Source: an uncultured Acidobacteriota bacterium (GTDB lineage Bacteria > Acidobacteriota > Terriglobia > Acidiferrales > UBA7541). Taken from it: 64,000 bases of DNA. The stretch covers positions 165,985 to 229,984 of the forward strand of contig CAWHVA010000027.1 in the NCBI GenBank assembly GCA_963832615.1. Direction: 5' to 3'. The notes below the pieces were generated by a model, which did not search any database, was not told where the DNA came from, and saw only the letters and a program-made list of their open reading frames with translations. Each line of letters starts with the position of its first letter. Position 1 is the stretch's first letter. This document shows positions 29,835 through 40,930 of this stretch, one piece after another. A program made the position numbers and the translations under genes.

Positions 29835-29858
29835 GCCGGGCTGAAGCCCAGCGCCTAC
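29835..29858 (-). repeat. GTAG-type REP-like palindrome
   Basis: Minus strand GTAGGCGCTGGGCTTCAGCCCGGC; related to 16243-16267. Confidence 0.65.
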
Positions 29859-29861
29859 ATT

Positions 29862-31415
29862 TCAGACGAAGCCGTCGGCGCTCACCGTTGCTGGTTCGGC
29901 GGGTTTCTTCGTCACGCTTCCAATCGAAACCAATTGCTCCTTTGTGGGCTCGGCGCAGCAATACCAGGGCTCACTTAAGAACGGCACTGCCGCGCCGGAT
30001 AGCGCGGCCAACTGCGGCGCCTCGATTCCAGCCGCGGCATGGGCCGCGCCGGCCGCGGCGTGGGCCGCCGTCCAGATCCTTGCGAATGCTGCGGACCGCG
30101 ATTCCTTTTTCCGGTCTGCGTCTGCGGCGATCGCCTGCACGATCTCGCTCAATTTGTCCACGCTCGTGTCGGGATTCTGCCACGGATAGACCAACGACTC
30201 GGCGTCGAAGGCGCCGACTCCACGGCGGACCTCCTCTAGCTCCAGCAGGCGCGAGCCTTCGGGAATGAGCAAGCGAATTCCCAGCTGGATCGGCGCTACG
30301 TTCTCTACCAACTCTTCGGCCGCCAGCACGCGTAACAAGTCCCGATAGCCATCCATGGTGGTCCACGGCGTAAATGCCACAAATGTTGGATGCAACGTCA
30401 TGCCTAACGAACGGAAGGTTCGCGCCACGTGCAAGAAATCCTCGCGCGTGTGACCCTTGTCCAGGCGTTGCAAAATTTCATCGTCCACCGACTCCACCGC
30501 GCTGATCACGAAGAGGCAGCCGGTGTCGCGGAGCGTCGTCAAATGTTGTTCGTACTTTCGCAAATGCTCAATCTTGATGGTGACGTCGTAGGTCACATCG
30601 GGGAATTCTGCATGAAAGGCAGCAACGAGTTCCATCGCATGGCGTATCCCGTTGAAAAAGTCCGGGTCGCCGAACGAAATATGTTGAGCTCCCGCCGCCA
30701 CCTGCTGCCGCACGTCCGCCAGCACGACATCGCGACTCACAATGCGGAACGCACCGTTGTAAACCGGCACGATTGGGCAATGACGGCAGAGATGTTTGCA
30801 GCCGCGGCTGGCCTCGGTCGATCCGACCACGCGATAGCCGCCGCCCGGAATAATCAAGTGAGCGTATTTTGCGAGCGCGGGCATCCCCGTCCGGTCGGGC
30901 ACCTCAAATGCCAGCCGCTCCAGCGACACGACCGGTTCAAGCTGCGCCACGTCGGCGGCGTGTGCAACGCTCTTGTGGCGCGTGGCGGACTCCTCGGGGG
31001 ACTGTTCGCTCCGAGCCTGGAAGGTTGGCCCCTCTCCGCCGTTGCCCTGCGCGCTAATGCGCTGGGCCAAACTAACCAACCCAGCCTCAAACTCTCCGCC
31101 CAGGATCGTTCGCGCTCCCAACGTCCGCAAATACTCCGCATTCATTGGCGCATAGAGACCGTAGCAACAAACGTGCGCAGCGGGATTTTGCTCGCGCAAC
31201 GTGGGAATCAAGTTCGCCGCCAAGCGCGTTGCCGTATGCATCGGCAAATAAATCGCAATCAATGCAGCCGCACGAACCACATTTTGGTCCAATTCCTGAC
31301 GCGTCAAGTCAAAGCACGCTACCTCGTGGCCGCGCTTGCGCAACCATGCCGCTGGCGATACCACGCCAAAAGGCTGGCGGCCCAACTCATAGGTCGAAAT
31401 CAGAACTATCTTCAT
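29862..31415 (-). CDS. CUAEP/CCAEP-tail radical SAM protein (B12-binding-like N-terminus)
   Basis: STYELGRQPFG, PMHTATRLA, ASRGCKHLCRHC (CxxxCxxC), FGDPDF, C-terminal PFLSEPWYCCAEP. Confidence 0.9.
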   Translation of the reverse strand: MKIVLISTYELGRQPFGVVSPAAWLRKRGHEVACFDLTRQELDQNVVRAAALIAIYLPMHTATRLAANLIPTLREQNPAAHVCCYGLYAPMNAEYLRTLGARTILGGEFEAGLVSLAQRISAQGNGGEGPTFQARSEQSPEESATRHKSVAHAADVAQLEPVVSLERLAFEVPDRTGMPALAKYAHLIIPGGGYRVVGSTEASRGCKHLCRHCPIVPVYNGAFRIVSRDVVLADVRQQVAAGAQHISFGDPDFFNGIRHAMELVAAFHAEFPDVTYDVTIKIEHLRKYEQHLTTLRDTGCLFVISAVESVDDEILQRLDKGHTREDFLHVARTFRSLGMTLHPTFVAFTPWTTMDGYRDLLRVLAAEELVENVAPIQLGIRLLIPEGSRLLELEEVRRGVGAFDAESLVYPWQNPDTSVDKLSEIVQAIAADADRKKESRSAAFARIWTAAHAAAGAAHAAAGIEAPQLAALSGAAVPFLSEPWYCCAEPTKEQLVSIGSVTKKPAEPATVSADGFV

Positions 31416-31475
31416 CGATTCAAGTATACCTTCGAGACCGACAGCTGCCGTCTTCTTGCCCTGGGCCCGGATGAG

Positions 31476-31637
31476 TGAGACGGCGGGGTTTGGAGTCAAC
31501 GCGGGTACCACCGCGAGGCCGGAGCGCAGGTGGTGCCTGGAGTGCAAATGAGCAGTACGTAAACGTCGCGTGGAGATTGGCGCAGACGGCTGCGCGGAGC
31601 TGGCTCTAAACCCCGCCCTCTCGGAAAGGGCGGCTAC
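31476..31637 (+). other. Highly structured intergenic element (candidate ncRNA or REP doublet)
   Basis: 16-bp closing stem with G-U pairs, internal hairpins, overlapping GTAG REP at the right end. Confidence 0.45.
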
Positions 31638-31657
31638 AGGGCGAGCCATCCAGCCGC

Positions 31658-32572
31658 TCATTTTCCGACGGGTACGCGGAGCTTGTCGGCCGCGAATTGA
31701 ATCGGTCCGGTGAAGGACGTACGAATCGATTTCCGCACCGCGTCCTCTTGTCCCAACACGTCGGGCGCAAGATGGCTCAGCAACAAAGTCTTTGCGCCGC
31801 TGTCGTGGGCGGCTTGGCCAATTTTCTTCGGCGGCGTGTGCAGGGCGTACAACTGTGGCGGCGAATCCGGCGGGTCCAGCACCGCACAATTAAAAATCAG
31901 CAGATCCGCATTTTTTGCCAGCTGCACCAAATTCGGCAGTGCGGATGCATCCATATCGCCGGAGAAAACGACCACCACGCCCTTGTAGGAAATACGATAG
32001 GCCACCGACGGACAGTCGTCGTGATGCGTGGCAATCTCCTCTATCACCAAACCGTTGTCGTCGACAATCTTGCTGCTCGCGGAATCCAGGCGAATCGGCA
32101 GATCATGGACTACAAAAGATTCGCGCGCGCCGAATGTTTTTTGGTAGGCAAACGCGCCGTCAGGTCCCACCAACAGGTCAACAAATCGCGAGGTCTTGGG
32201 AAATAGTCCGGCGCCATCGGGGCCAAAAATGTGGTACGCGATGGGTCCGTCGCTGGTCAGCGCTCGCTCATTGAAAAAGGCGGCCAGGTCCGCGCTGTGA
32301 TCGATGTGCAGATGCGTCAGCAAAACCGTGTCTACTTTTCCGACATCCAAGTCCAATTCTCCAATCCGCAGGAACGCTCCTGGCCCGGCGTCCACCAAAA
32401 TTCGCGGTTCGCCCTCGACCTCCACGATGAAACTCGAGCCGCCCCTTCCGAAGGCTCGTGGCCCGCCAGAACCCAGCACCACCACTTCCAGCGCGGACTT
32501 TGCAACAGCAGCCCGCAGGCAAACCGGGGAGAAAGCAATCAGAGCCAAAATGAGTGCCATCCGTTTTGTCAT
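31658..32572 (-). CDS. Secreted MBL-fold metallohydrolase (RNase Z/AtsA-like)
   Basis: Signal peptide, VLGSGGP, LVDAGPG, LTHLHIDH, FSGD, HT, LLSHL. Confidence 0.88.
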   Translation of the reverse strand: MTKRMALILALIAFSPVCLRAAVAKSALEVVVLGSGGPRAFGRGGSSFIVEVEGEPRILVDAGPGAFLRIGELDLDVGKVDTVLLTHLHIDHSADLAAFFNERALTSDGPIAYHIFGPDGAGLFPKTSRFVDLLVGPDGAFAYQKTFGARESFVVHDLPIRLDSASSKIVDDNGLVIEEIATHHDDCPSVAYRISYKGVVVVFSGDMDASALPNLVQLAKNADLLIFNCAVLDPPDSPPQLYALHTPPKKIGQAAHDSGAKTLLLSHLAPDVLGQEDAVRKSIRTSFTGPIQFAADKLRVPVGK

Positions 32573-32636
32573 GGCGTTCATGCCTTTCGGGCCGTTCTTG
32601 CGCAGCGGTAAATCGACGCACACATTGTGGACGTCT

Positions 32637-33064
32637 TCATGCGGGTTCGACGCGTGTCCACTCACTCCCGTTTGAAGTTACCCAGCGATCGCCGCGCATG
32701 TCCAGCCACTCACCGATGGGTTGTTCGCTCTTGGGGTCCGAGCCGAACCGAAGCACGTTGCCGTCGGGATCCTCGACTTGCATCTCATACGCCCACTGAT
32801 AGTTCGTCGGCTGGTGGCGGATTTTCGCTCCCGTGCGCCGATATTCTTCGAGCAGTGCATCTGCGTCGCTTACGCCGACCCAGACCCAGCCGCCGGCATG
32901 ACCTTGATCTCCCTGCGACAGAAAGATGCAACACCGGTTACGCGATACCGATGCAAATACGGTGTCTGCCAATCGATTTTGAATCCCAGCACACTGGTGT
33001 AGTAGAGGATGCTGGCTCCGACGCTCTGTACCCGGAGAATTGGGGTGACGCCCTCAAACACCAT
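32637..33064 (-). CDS. Glyoxalase/bleomycin resistance (VOC) family protein, frameshift near 32955
   Basis: TPILRVQSV..S..YY..VLGFKIDW in one frame continues as FASVSR...W.YEMQVEDPDGNVLRFG in another. Confidence 0.8.
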
Positions 33065-33159
33065 CGGGCCCTGCCCATTCCGCTGCTGACATGACACCGT
33101 CCTCCTTCTGCTTGTTGGTAAGATACCGGTGCGAAGATACCCGTAACAGCAGGAGAACT

Positions 33160-34449
33160 TCAATGCGGCGCGGGCGGTGAAGGCTCTGCGGCGCACGCTT
33201 GAGCGCGACCCAAAAGAAATTCGCGTTCGCGGGTGTTGTGCGTGAGCGATGCAGCGCGCTGAAACTCCGCCAGTGCCTCGGTGAAGCGACCCAGTTTAAA
33301 CAAGAAGTCGCCGCGGACGCTGGGCAACAGGTGGTAGGCCTTCAGTGAGGGTTCCGATGCAATCGCGTCGACGATTTCGAGGCCTTCCGCCGGACCGAAG
33401 GCCATGGCGACCGCGACGGCGCGATTCAGCTCGACGATCGGCGAGGGCATCAGTTGTGCCAAGGCGTCGTAGAGCGCCGCGATGCGCGCCCAATCTGTCT
33501 CCGCGGCGGTGCGCGCTCGGGCGTGACAAGCGGCGATGGCCGCCTGCAGCGCGTATGGGCCAAGTCCGCCTCCAAGTTCCTCGGCGCGCTGCAGCGCCGC
33601 GAGGCCACGGCGAATCAAGACGTGGTCCCAACGCGTGCGATCCTGATCGAGCAGCAAGATGGGTTCGCCCTTCGGGCCGACGCGAGCATGCGCTCGAGAG
33701 GCTTGGATTTCCATCAGTGCGACCAGCCCGTGCACTTCCGGTACGTTCGGAACTAACCCCGCAAGAATGCGGCCGAGCCGCAGCGCATCTTCGCAGAGCG
33801 CGGGGCGCATCCAGTCTTCGCCGGCGGTCGCCGAATAGCCTTCGTTAAAGATGAGGTAGATCACTTCGAGCACGGACGATAAACGGGCCGCAAGGTCCGG
33901 CCCGCGCGGCACCTCGAAAGGAACGCGCGCCTCGGTGAGTGTTCGCTTGGCGCGCACGATGCGCTGCGCAACGGTGGGCTCGGGTATCAGGAAGGCGCGG
34001 GCAATTTCCTGTGTGGTCAGGCCACCCAGCAGACGAAGTGTCAGTGAAACGCGACCTTCCGTCGAGAGCACCGGGTGACAGGATACGAACACAAGGCGCA
34101 AGAGATCGTCTTCGATATCGTTATCCAGATTTGCGGTGTCGAAATTCGCCATGGCCACGTCCTGCTGCGACTTCAGCTCGCGACCCAGTTCCTGGTGCTT
34201 GCGCTCAAGCAGCTTGCTGCGGCGAAAGTGATCGATGGCGCGATTCTTTGCGGTGGCCATGAGCCATGCACCGGGATTGTCCGGCACGCCCGATTCCGGC
34301 CAGCGCTCGAGCGCGACGACGAGGGCGTCCTGCGCCAACTCTTCGGCCACACCAACATCGCGAACGATTCGAGCCAGTCCGGCAATGAGCCTGGCCGACT
34401 CGATCCTCCACAGGGCATCGATGGCGCGATGCGTATCAGCGACGGACAC
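33160..34449 (-). CDS. ECF sigma factor with C-terminal TPR extension (ECF42-like)
   Basis: AEELAQDA, PGAWL..TAKNRAID, LRLVF.SCHP.L, AQRIVRAKR, YLIFNEGY, GPYALQAAIAACH, TDW.RI..LY; adjacent DGPF gene. Confidence 0.9.
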   Translation of the reverse strand: MSVADTHRAIDALWRIESARLIAGLARIVRDVGVAEELAQDALVVALERWPESGVPDNPGAWLMATAKNRAIDHFRRSKLLERKHQELGRELKSQQDVAMANFDTANLDNDIEDDLLRLVFVSCHPVLSTEGRVSLTLRLLGGLTTQEIARAFLIPEPTVAQRIVRAKRTLTEARVPFEVPRGPDLAARLSSVLEVIYLIFNEGYSATAGEDWMRPALCEDALRLGRILAGLVPNVPEVHGLVALMEIQASRAHARVGPKGEPILLLDQDRTRWDHVLIRRGLAALQRAEELGGGLGPYALQAAIAACHARARTAAETDWARIAALYDALAQLMPSPIVELNRAVAVAMAFGPAEGLEIVDAIASEPSLKAYHLLPSVRGDFLFKLGRFTEALAEFQRAASLTHNTREREFLLGRAQACAAEPSPPAPH

Positions 34450-34509
34450 GGTGAGCCCCCCTGCTAGAGGGCATCTCATAATTGGCCGAGACAGAAAGAG
34501 AAGAATTTC

Positions 34510-34574
34510 CTCAGGGGCTAAAGCCCGACATTGCGTTTCTTGAAATGTCGGAGCTAAAGCTCCGACCCCCTGAG
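34510..34574. repeat. GGGCTAAAGCCC / GGAGCTAAAGCTCC REP-like composite hairpin
   Basis: CTCAGGGG...CCCCTGAG outer arms with internal palindromes. Confidence 0.7.
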
Positions 34575-34661
34575 ATGCATCTATGAGATGACTTCTAGCA
34601 AGTTCAGGCTAAGCAAGAGGCCTTGCGAGTGCAAGCGCCACCGTGTTCCAGCTTAGGTCCG

Positions 34662-35024
34662 TCAGGATTTCGCTGCGCTCTGTGCTTGCGGCGCTTCGTA
34701 TAGTTGCCGAAGCTCACACTCGCCGTCGCCTACGTAGCTCAGGAAATTCTTGACGTGTGCGATGGCTTCTTCCTTGGAGTTCGCCTGAATGATGGCCAGG
34801 CCGCCGACCACTTCCTTGGACTCGCTGAACGGGCCGTCGGTCACGTTGATATTGCCATTAGAACGCCGGACGCGCGCGCCCATTGCGGTGGGCATGCAGC
34901 CTTCGACCGCAAGCAAATAGCCCGCCTTCATCCCTTCCTCGACCAGCTTGCCCATGTTGCACATTTCCTCTTCCGAAGGGGGCCTGCCTTTCTCTACGGA
35001 TTTGTACATGCTAAGAAATTTCAT
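34662..35024 (-). CDS. YciI/DGPF family protein
   Basis: VTDGPFSESKEVVGG, SKEEAI, ELRQL; AAGGAG RBS. Confidence 0.9.
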   Translation of the reverse strand: MKFLSMYKSVEKGRPPSEEEMCNMGKLVEEGMKAGYLLAVEGCMPTAMGARVRRSNGNINVTDGPFSESKEVVGGLAIIQANSKEEAIAHVKNFLSYVGDGECELRQLYEAPQAQSAAKS

Positions 35025-35055
35025 GACGATCTCCTTGGTAAGTTTAGGTTCGGCG

Positions 35056-35451
35056 TTAAATTGCCGGGAGTTGCGCAACGCGCAAGAATTGCCTCTCTAC
35101 AGGGCGACGAACGAAGCCCTCCGGAATCGACACGAGAAACGTATCATTTTTCTCCGCCCTGGTCAGGGCATGGTCGAATACATGCTTGAGAAAAACATGA
35201 AAGAAAATGCACACGACTGTGTTGTTCGGCAATCCTGGGCGCCAACCCAGCACTTCGCCTCCAGGTGTGAGTGGTTGTGTCAACTGTGCGATCTCGCGGT
35301 TCAACAGTTCGTCCCAAAGGTGCCAGAACAGTGGCGCGACCACGCTTTGTGCGACTTCGCATGTTCGATCCGGGAATTCGACGGCATTCCTCAAGCCGGG
35401 CGCGAATGCGGCGGAAACAACCAGCAACGCGGGAATCAGTATTTTTTTCAT
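35056..35451 (-). CDS. Hypothetical protein with signal-peptide-like N-terminus (possibly decayed)
   Basis: GGGAGG RBS, MKKILIPALLVVSAAFA; second ECF-type promoter upstream; 3' end runs over the 35106 promoter. Confidence 0.35.
   Translation of the reverse strand: MKKILIPALLVVSAAFAPGLRNAVEFPDRTCEVAQSVVAPLFWHLWDELLNREIAQLTQPLTPGGEVLGWRPGLPNNTVVCIFFHVFLKHVFDHALTRAEKNDTFLVSIPEGFVRRPVERQFLRVAQLPAI
35106..35132 (-). promoter_or_regulatory. ECF42-type promoter TGTCGA-N17-CGTC upstream of the DGPF-sigma operon
   Basis: Minus strand TGTCGAttccggagggcttcgttCGTC. Confidence 0.7.
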
Positions 35452-35589
35452 CGATCTGCCCTCCCTACCTTTGAATTTGCCGCCGCCGCAACGTTGAAGC
35501 GTCCGCCGCAGCTACTTCTTTTTCTCCCATTGTTTGCCTAACTCGCTCGCGATCGGCTGCTACCGGCTGAATCCTGCCTCTACACTAAC

Positions 35590-35616
35590 GTCGAACGAGG
35601 TTGCTCGAAATCGACA
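35590..35616 (-). promoter_or_regulatory. Second ECF42-type promoter TGTCGA-N17-CGAC
   Basis: Minus strand TGTCGAtttcgagcaacctcgttCGAC. Confidence 0.65.
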
Positions 35617-35824
35617 GCCGCGGAGCTTTTTATTTGAAAGGATTTGGCTCGGGCTCTGTAAGGCCATCGAAAGACGAGGGTTGCTGACGCCGCGCACCAC
35701 GAATCGCCAGCGTGAGGCTGACGGCCGGACTCGATTGGGAAGAAATGGATCGTCCATCCCTCGCCGCACGATCTTTCTTTTTCGGCTATCATAGAGTGGC
35801 GAATTCCGGGAAAGGACCGCCAGA

Positions 35825-38491
<2,667 letters not shown>

Positions 38492-38589
38492 TGCGGCGTT
38501 TGCAATCCGGTGTGGTCTGAACGCGTTTTTTCCATTCCCTTCGAGTTTCTAATTTCCAGCCTCCTGCTTTCCCGGTATCATCGGCCACC

Positions 38590-39894
38590 ATGGTGATCCG
38601 AATTCGTTTTCCACTTGCTTTTCTTTTTCTCGCCGTAACCGTGAATGCACAACAGGCTCCTGCGCCTGTCACTGCTATTCGCGCCGGAAAATTGATCGAC
38701 GTCGATGCTGGGCGCGTTCTCGCGAATCAAACGATTCTCATTCGCGACGGCAAGATCGAATCCATCGGCGAAAATCTAACCATCCCTCTGAGGGCAACCA
38801 CGATCGATCTCTCGAAAATGACTGTGCTGCCCGGCTTGATCGATTGCCACACGCACCTCGCCGACGGATCGCAGGAAGCCAACATCGATCCCGTTTATCA
38901 GCTGAAAAGGACGGCCGCGGAGGTGGCTCTCGAATCGGTTCCGAACGCCCGGGTATTCCTGGAATCGGGCTTCACGACCGTCCGCGATGTCGGTGTGTAC
39001 CGGGCGCTGAATGATGTTGCATTGCGCGATGCGATCGCCGCCGGATACTTCCCCGGCCCGCGCATGTTCGTTGCTGGCGCCTACATCACTATTACTGGCG
39101 GTGCGGGAGCGATGACCGGCTTCGCTCCGGATATCACCCTTCCGTGGGATCTGCACTATGGCGAAGCGAACAGTCCCTGGGAAGTTCGCCAGAAGGTGCG
39201 GCTGCTCGTGCACGACGGCGCCGATCACATTAAAGTGCTGTCCACCGGAGCCGTACTGACGCATGGCAGCAATCCGAATTCGACGGAGTTCACTCCCGAT
39301 GAGCTGGAAGCCGCCGTGGACGAGGCCAAACATTTCGGTTTGCGCGTCGAAGCACACGCGCATGCGGCAGAAGGCATCAAGAATGCGATCCGCGCCGGCG
39401 TGGCGTCGGTGGAGCACGCTACGCTGATCGACGACGAGGGTATCGCGCTTGCGAAAGAGCATGGCACGTACCTCGACATGGATATTTACGACGAGGAGTG
39501 CATCCAGGAAGAGGGTAAGAACGGCAAGCGTCCCGCCGATTTTCTCGAGCACGATCGCAACCTGGGTGAAGCTCATCGACGGAACTTTACGAAGGCGCTA
39601 CACGCTGGCGTGAAACTGTCGTTCGGCACGGACGCGGGAGTTTGCCCATACGACCGCAGCGTCCGACAATTCGCATTCATGGTGAAGTACGGGATGACGC
39701 CGATGCAAGCGATCCAGTCGGCTACACACAATGCTGCCGACCTACTTGGGAAGTCGGAACTGCTCGGATCGATCAAGCCGGGGAAGTATGCTGACATCAT
39801 CGCGGTATCGAGCGATCCGCTGTCCGACATTCACATTCTGGAGCACGTCAGCTTTGTGATGAAGGAAGGAAAGGTTTATAAGAACGTGCAATGA
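38590..39894 (+). CDS. Secreted metal-dependent amidohydrolase (Xaa-Pro dipeptidase-like)
   Basis: PGLIDCHTH, GFTTVRD, GADHIK, AHAH, SVEH, FGTDAG, GKYADIIA. Confidence 0.9.
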   Translation: MVIRIRFPLAFLFLAVTVNAQQAPAPVTAIRAGKLIDVDAGRVLANQTILIRDGKIESIGENLTIPLRATTIDLSKMTVLPGLIDCHTHLADGSQEANIDPVYQLKRTAAEVALESVPNARVFLESGFTTVRDVGVYRALNDVALRDAIAAGYFPGPRMFVAGAYITITGGAGAMTGFAPDITLPWDLHYGEANSPWEVRQKVRLLVHDGADHIKVLSTGAVLTHGSNPNSTEFTPDELEAAVDEAKHFGLRVEAHAHAAEGIKNAIRAGVASVEHATLIDDEGIALAKEHGTYLDMDIYDEECIQEEGKNGKRPADFLEHDRNLGEAHRRNFTKALHAGVKLSFGTDAGVCPYDRSVRQFAFMVKYGMTPMQAIQSATHNAADLLGKSELLGSIKPGKYADIIAVSSDPLSDIHILEHVSFVMKEGKVYKNVQ

Positions 39895-39943
39895 GTAGTG
39901 CGCAGAAATTCGGGTAGCGAGATTTGAGCGATCTTGCCGAGAT

Positions 39944-39969
39944 GGGGCGCAGCAGTGCTGCACCCCTAC
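39944..39969 (-). repeat. GTAG-type REP-like palindrome
   Basis: Minus strand GTAGGGGTGCAGCACTGCTGCGCCCC. Confidence 0.65.
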
Positions 39970-40016
39970 AAGAGATTGGCCTTCCGATAGCGCGGAACAA
40001 TTTCGAAGCGTGTGGC

Positions 40017-40826
40017 TTATGCGATCGCGGATCTTTTGACGGCGCGGAACTGGCTCTTGATGTAAACGAGCAGGGCGGCGCCCAGCGCGATCGAGACCAG
40101 GCTGGCGGTCTGCGCGTTGCTCATGCCAAAGAACGAGCGCGGGTTGATGCGGATGAACTCGATCAAAAATCGGGCGACGCCGGTGAGAATCAGATATAGG
40201 GAGAAAATTTCGCCCTTGGCCATGGGTTCGCGCAAATACCTCGCTCCCATGCGCCAGAGGATAGCGGCAATCACCAGCCAGATGAAAACTTCGTAGAGCG
40301 GCGTCGGATGGACCCGCTGCGTTGTGGGCACCACGCCGTTGGGAAAACTCATACCCCAGGGAAGCGACGTGGGCATGCCATAGTCGCCGTCGCCAGAAAG
40401 CAGGCAGCCGATGCGGCCTATCGCGTAGCCGACGCAAGCGGCCGGCGCACAAATGTCCATGAATTCCAATACCGGAATTTTTAAACGCCGCGCCAGAAAG
40501 AACAGCGCGACGAATCCACCGAGGAATCCTCCAAACCAGGCGAAGCCGAAGCGGCTGAAGAGCTGCGGCCAGGGATCGGCGAAAAATTCGCTCGGGCTTT
40601 CGAGCACGTGATAGAGCCGCGCGCCCACGAGTCCGACGAGCCCCGCAATGCCGATCACCAGGAAGCCTTCGTCGCGCTTCCCCGCATACCCCTTGATGCT
40701 CTCGAGTTGTGGTCGGCGCCGGTCGAAGTCGGCCTGTAGAACGTAGGCGGAGACGAAAAGAGCGGTGGCGACCATCAGGCCGAAGGTCGGAATGGTAAGG
40801 GGTCCTAGATGGAGGAACGGAATCAT
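40017..40826 (-). CDS. lgt: Prolipoprotein diacylglyceryl transferase
   Basis: GARLYHV, WFGGFLGG, GYAIGRIGC, HPTPLYE, RFLIEFIR. Confidence 0.9.
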   Translation of the reverse strand: MIPFLHLGPLTIPTFGLMVATALFVSAYVLQADFDRRRPQLESIKGYAGKRDEGFLVIGIAGLVGLVGARLYHVLESPSEFFADPWPQLFSRFGFAWFGGFLGGFVALFFLARRLKIPVLEFMDICAPAACVGYAIGRIGCLLSGDGDYGMPTSLPWGMSFPNGVVPTTQRVHPTPLYEVFIWLVIAAILWRMGARYLREPMAKGEIFSLYLILTGVARFLIEFIRINPRSFFGMSNAQTASLVSIALGAALLVYIKSQFRAVKRSAIA

Positions 40827-40930
40827 CGCTGGTCGAAGAAAGAGTATACATGGGCCGGCGGAGAGGCGAAGTCATCGGCTGGGCGGAGTGTGGTACTTTC
40901 TCGCCTGCGTTGTCAGTTGGAGGACAGGCG

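Noticed and set aside
29752-29961. Precursor peptide ORF between radical SAM and ATP-grasp
   Set aside because: Overlaps the radical SAM 3' end and a REP palindrome, has no RBS, and its composition looks like an off-frame read
29940-29975. Selenocysteine recoding in the radical SAM tail
   Set aside because: Both residues of CC in WYCCAEP are TGC codons; there is no in-frame TGA
31416-31657. Cobalamin or SAM riboswitch ahead of the radical SAM gene
   Set aside because: No B12-box or SAM-I core motifs recognisable on the minus strand
31416-31889. N-terminal extension of the radical SAM ORF (675 aa in the track)
   Set aside because: Overlaps the MBL hydrolase gene and the structured element; family-like sequence starts at MKIVLISTYELG (31415)
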